A stretch of 64,000 nt of DNA from Neophaeotheca triangularis (lineage: Eukaryota): positions 1-64,000 of the forward strand of contig BAAIJX010000056.1 in assembly GCA_054600435.1 (NCBI GenBank), in the 5' to 3' direction. The position numbers and the translations under genes were made by a program. The first letter of the stretch is position 1; every line of letters starts with the position of its first letter. Below the pieces are notes generated by a model that saw only the letters and a program-made list of their open reading frames with translations, had not been told where the DNA came from and did not search any database. This document shows, in pieces, positions 59,594-64,000 of this stretch.

Positions 59594-60631
59594 ATGGCAT
59601 CAAGACGAGCGGCCATACCGGCCAAACACCTCTTCAATGGCTTCAAAACCTCCCAAAGCCTCCCCCTCCGAACAGCCACACGCAACCTGACGACAACCAC
59701 CACCACTGAACCGAGCGCAACCCTCTCCCAAACCCACGCCGACGCCCATCTAACCTCCACCCCCACCGACCCCATCCTCCACGACAACATCTCGCAACTC
59801 AAAACCCAAACAACGACCCCCCTCCGCCCGCACCTAACCCCACAACCAGCAAACCCCTTCCTAACAACCGCAACCTGCACCCTCCACGCCTTCCCCACCC
59901 TCGAACCCGTCGCCTTCACAAGCTACCCCAGCACGCACCTCCTCCTGCCGCTGCGCCGCGACCTCCTCCACCGCGCCATCATCTACGAAGGCGACATGAC
60001 GCGCCAGGGCACGGCGTCGACGAAATGGCGCAGCGAGGTGCACGGCTCGAACCGCAAAATCCGACCCCAAAAGGGCACGGGCGCCGCGAGGTTGGGCAAT
60101 AAGAAGAGTCCGATGCTCAAAGGGGGTGGGCAGGCTTTTGGGCCGAAACCGCGGGATTTTTCCACGGGTTTGCCTAGGAAGGTTTATGATTTGGCTTTTA
60201 GGACTGCGTTGTCTTGGAGGTGGAGGACGGGGGGGTTGGTGGTTGTGGAGGGGGAGTTGGGGTTGGGTGGGGAGGCTGCAGTCGGGGAGTTTGCGCGGGA
60301 GCGGTTTGTGAGGGAGGTTTTGGGGTGGTTTGGGTTGGGCAAGGAGGGGGGGAGGAGTCTTTTCGTCGGGGCTGAGAGGAGGGAGGCGTTGTTTGGGGTT
60401 TTGGAGGCGGGGAGGTTTGGGGCTAGGGGGTTGGCGGTCGCGGATGTGGATGTCAAAGATTTGTTGGAGGGCGGCAGAGTTGTGGTTGAGAGGGAGGCTT
60501 TGGAGTGGTTGTTGAGGGAGCACGAGGGGGATTTGCGCGATAGGGAGCGGCTTGTGCATTTTAGAAAGGGAAAGGGGGTTCTGGCGAATGAGGTTCAGAT
60601 GTTGCGGGGGAGGAGGTTTGATGTTGTTTAA
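59594..60631 (+). CDS. YML6: mitochondrial ribosomal protein uL4m
   Basis: LRRDLLHRA, RQGTASTKWRSEVHGS..PQKGTG.AR.G...SP...GGG..FGPKPRDF; ACCATGG at 59594. Confidence 0.92.
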   Translation: MASRRAAIPAKHLFNGFKTSQSLPLRTATRNLTTTTTTEPSATLSQTHADAHLTSTPTDPILHDNISQLKTQTTTPLRPHLTPQPANPFLTTATCTLHAFPTLEPVAFTSYPSTHLLLPLRRDLLHRAIIYEGDMTRQGTASTKWRSEVHGSNRKIRPQKGTGAARLGNKKSPMLKGGGQAFGPKPRDFSTGLPRKVYDLAFRTALSWRWRTGGLVVVEGELGLGGEAAVGEFARERFVREVLGWFGLGKEGGRSLFVGAERREALFGVLEAGRFGARGLAVADVDVKDLLEGGRVVVEREALEWLLREHEGDLRDRERLVHFRKGKGVLANEVQMLRGRRFDVV

Positions 60632-61239
60632 GGGGAGATGGCAGGGTTGTAGATGTTGGGCTAGGCTGGCTGTAAGATGGTGTACTAACTATACTACATA
60701 GAGAAGAAGATTTTGTACAATGCATTGTAGAGATGGAATCTACAATTCTTTTCTTTTCCTTTCTCCAGACACGCGGTACCGGTCCAGGAGCGCGGCGAGT
60801 ATACGACTCTCCAAAGAAAGCAAAACAAGTCCATCTTCCCTCCCCTTCCCCTCCTGAAAAAAGAAAGAAAAAGAAAAAAGCAGAAACCCTACACTGACCA
60901 GCAACAGCAGCAGCAAGAACCAACCAACCGACCAAGTTTGCCATTCCCACCCCATTACTCTGCGAGAAATACGCTAACGAGCTTACAGGAGAACTCCTTC
61001 TTCTCCCACGAGCCAAAAGAGAGAAACCTCCCGCTTGTTACGATCACATTGCCAGACCTTTGAAGAAAACAAGGAAAAGCTGATCCTGTGACGTGGTCCA
61101 AGGGCAACGGCAACGGCAACGAGTCTTGGGAAGCGTGAGTGCGGGTGGGTGGACGGGGCGGTTGAGGGTTGTTGTTTTTCTGGATGGAGGGTGGGGAAAG
61201 GGGGAGATTGGTTGATCTTTTTTTTTTTTGGTTTGTTGT

Positions 61240-61276
61240 GCTGCCGCTGCTGCTGCTGCTGCTGCTGCTACTGCTG
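61240..61276. repeat. (GCT)n trinucleotide tract next to a poly-T run
   Basis: GCTGCCGCTGCTGCTGCTGCTGCTGCTGCTACTGCTG. Confidence 0.8.
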
Positions 61277-62157
61277 GTTGATGATTGATGGTTGATGTTC
61301 GGGTATAGCGTGGCTGCTTTATGGGATCAGGGCGGGTTTTTGGGCGGTCGCGGCTGGGGGGCTTTTGTTTGGTTCACTTGTGTGATTGCGAGAAGAGGAG
61401 GGGCATCGTTGGTTTTTTCTTTTTCCCTTGCGGGGTTTAACGGTGGTGGGGAGTTGGAGGACTTTTCCTTTTTGGGGGCCGGGTGGGAGGAGGTTTAGCC
61501 GGGAGAGGGTCGGTCGGGGAATTGATGGGAAGGGATGAGGGATGCGGTTTGGGTTGTTGGTGGATAGAGTGGGTTGGGATATGGGATGACGAGGGTGACG
61601 CCTAAGGTGGTAAGTTGCTGGGAGAGGGTGGTTGCACTCGGGTTGGTGAAGAGTGATGGGTTGGGTTTGAGGGTTTTAGGTGCTTCGATACTGGAGGTGC
61701 TATGGGCTTGTACTTTACTGAGCATTTATCATGTACTGCGATGAGGAAAGAGTGGTCGTGAAGGGGTTCCCTAGCTTGATGTTCGAAGTGGTGGTGCAAA
61801 TGGAATCCTCGTTGAAATAGCTACAAGATGTGCTTTACTTGTCATCTGGGAGACCTTAATTCGACGGGAATCTTGTTCGTGGAGAGATCGGTTGAATTCT
61901 CAAGGTTCATCCTAGCGATTAAGACTCTTAGGTACTCCCTCTGGTAGTGAGCCTCTGGGTATTTGTGCCTTACATGTCAGGCTCTTACGGTATCGGGTGA
62001 CGTCTTGTCACCTCATTCCATCGGCTATTCCCGCAATTATCCGATTCCGAGTCGTTCCCTCTGAGCTTCGACTTCAGAGAGAGCTCCCAATGGCATATTT
62101 CAGTCCTGCATAAACAACTGAAACAGCTCTGACCTCCCCTATTGCATACCGTCAACC

Positions 62158-63318
62158 ATGTCACTAGCACGCGCACAGGCTCTGAGGAGTCTCCAAAAGT
62201 CTTTCGCCTCCTCCACCCGACCTGTCGCTCGCTCTACTCTTCCGCGCCGGACCCAGCAACTCGTCGCGAGGAGATGGGCTAGCGGCGGTGGTGGCCATGG
62301 ACATGGTGACCCTTCTGGCTCGGATCTGCCTTGGTAGGTTTTGATTGCTATGATTTTGTATGAACTGGTTGCATGGAAAGGAAAGCCTCTAACACCAGCT
62401 TTGAACAGGGCTCTCGGAGCCACTGTCATCACCATCCCCTCCGCCTGGTTCCTCTGGCCCGACACCTCCTCGCACGGCGGTCACGGTCACGACGAGCACC
62501 ATGAAGAGGGCGGTGAGGAACACGAAGAAGCTTCCGAAGAGGAGCCCACCCCCGATGACTCCCCCGACGACGGCGTCAACGACGAAGCCAAGACCGACCC
62601 CTCTGCCCCCGTAAAGGACACCACCGACACGGAAGAAGCGGCCAAGGAAACTGAAGAGACTGCCAAACCCTCCGGCTCCCAGGGCGAGAGCCAGCCTCAG
62701 GGTCCCGATGCTAACAAGGAAAGCTCAAAGACTGAGGAGAGTGTGGCCAAGCCTGCGCCTGAGGGGAAGAGCAATGTCGGCAAGGGTCCGATGAACGAGA
62801 ACGCCCCCGAGGACACGCGTAAGAGTGAACCTGATGCGAAGGGTGGGTACAAGAAGAGGGTGGACAGTGGATATGGGAAGAACCTTGGCGAGGGGCCGCA
62901 GTTTGCCGACGATGAGACTGAGGAGGGCGGCAAGAGAGAGAGTGTAAGTCTCACCATAGCTTTTGCGTTGTCGATGTGACGATTTGGAAGTTGGTGTGAG
63001 TTGTGATATTTGGCTAATCATGAATTGTGGTGCAGGCCGCCTCGGCCAAGGAGCCTCAACGCGGCTCCCAAGGACAGATCAGTGGCAAGCAACACGGTCT
63101 CTCCAACACCCCGACTAGGCACTCTCTGCAGATCGATCAGGACCCAGAGAAGAGCAAGAAGGGCGAGGGTGCGCCTGAGACTGCCAAGTCAATGGGTACT
63201 GTCGACCCTAGCAGACCGATGGTGAGTAACCTGTCTTCAAGGGGAATTCTCTAGTGGGATGTCTATGCTAATGATGGTGTGTTCCAAGGCCGAGAGCGAT
63301 CAGAGGGGCAAGAAGTAA
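62158..63318 (+). CDS. hypothetical mitochondrial single-pass membrane protein with His-rich/acidic tail
   Basis: Arg/Ser presequence ending RRWAS; SDLPW-ALGATVITIPSAWFLWP TM; introns 62334-62408, 62944-63035, 63222-63288. Confidence 0.8.
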
Positions 63319-63981
63319 AGAGATTTGCAGTGGTTGAAGGTAAAAGCGCACGCATACATGGCGACTGGGGGAAGGCTGGAGAGAGGGGGAGAGAAGAGAG
63401 AGAGAAAGAGAGGGCAGTCGGTGGATGTACATATGTACTGTATACCTAGGAAGTCGTGCTGCTGTCTTTGTTACCTCTTCGTGTCAATTTGATCTACATG
63501 CCCGATGTTCTCGCCGTGCAGTCGTCGATCGTGTCTTTGGTAGTAATGGCAGACGGAAAAAGGCAAGTCACGTGATGAATGCTGCCTGTCCCACCTCCCC
63601 CACGTCAGTGTAAAGTCGAGCTCACTTTCACGTCTAGCTTCGAGTGTTTCTTCTACATCATCTTCAGGTAACACAATAAGAGACTCCCGTAAGTTTTTGC
63701 TGTATCCAATCGCATCCGCGATATATCTCACCAACAATTGCCTCGACAGGTTTGTACCTTCGTACGTGTTGAAGCAGGTCTCCAAGCGAACAGACGCGAC
63801 TTTCACACCGTAAAGTGAGTAGCATCACTCGACAACACCAGTGTGGGAAATGTACACTGTTCCTTCACATCAGAACAACTAACCGTACCACTTTACGCGA
63901 CTAGCACATCTCCTCCCTCCAGTGGCCTAACCTTCCTCACCCCATCTGCGGCAGCTCAGCCTACGAGCCTCCGCCGCAACC

Positions 63982-64000
63982 ATGTCGTCCTCCGGCGTCC
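63982..64000 (+). CDS. probable start of a gene running off the right edge (MSSSGV...)
   Basis: AACCATG context after a C-rich leader; only 6 codons visible. Confidence 0.3.

Noticed and set aside
63471..63806. 111-aa minus-strand ORF with protein-like composition
   Set aside because: GTG start, no motif and no gene structure evident.
63982..64000. MSSSGV start reminiscent of cofilin
   Set aside because: Six codons are too few to name the gene.

Overview
Eukaryotic (fungal) nuclear DNA. It has short GT-AG introns with CTRAC branch points and gene content typical of a filamentous ascomycete; Dothideomycetes is likely but is my inference. I can build about 26 mostly spliced protein-coding genes: NCS2, NHA1, YPT7/Rab7, a GPI fasciclin, IBA57, ARO80, an epoxide hydrolase, a DHX57-like helicase, GCV3, MRP17 (absent from the ORF track), a DUF6594-like protein, a Zn-alcohol dehydrogenase, RCH1, YBP1, IRC22/TRAP-alpha, a GH62 arabinofuranosidase, mitochondrial IF3, URM1, an FAD oxidoreductase, CDC48, uL4m and several hypothetical proteins. 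There is also an intron-containing tRNA-Thr(AGT), a decayed SDR pseudogene and an 827-bp non-autonomous hAT-like element with a RIP-like signature. The most striking unexplained signal is a recurrent ~1-1.5 kb switch from a C/A-rich block to a G/T-rich block. It is independent of gene strand, repeats three times inside one gene and also marks two regions with no convincing ORF. All family calls come from motif recognition only; no searches or computations were run.
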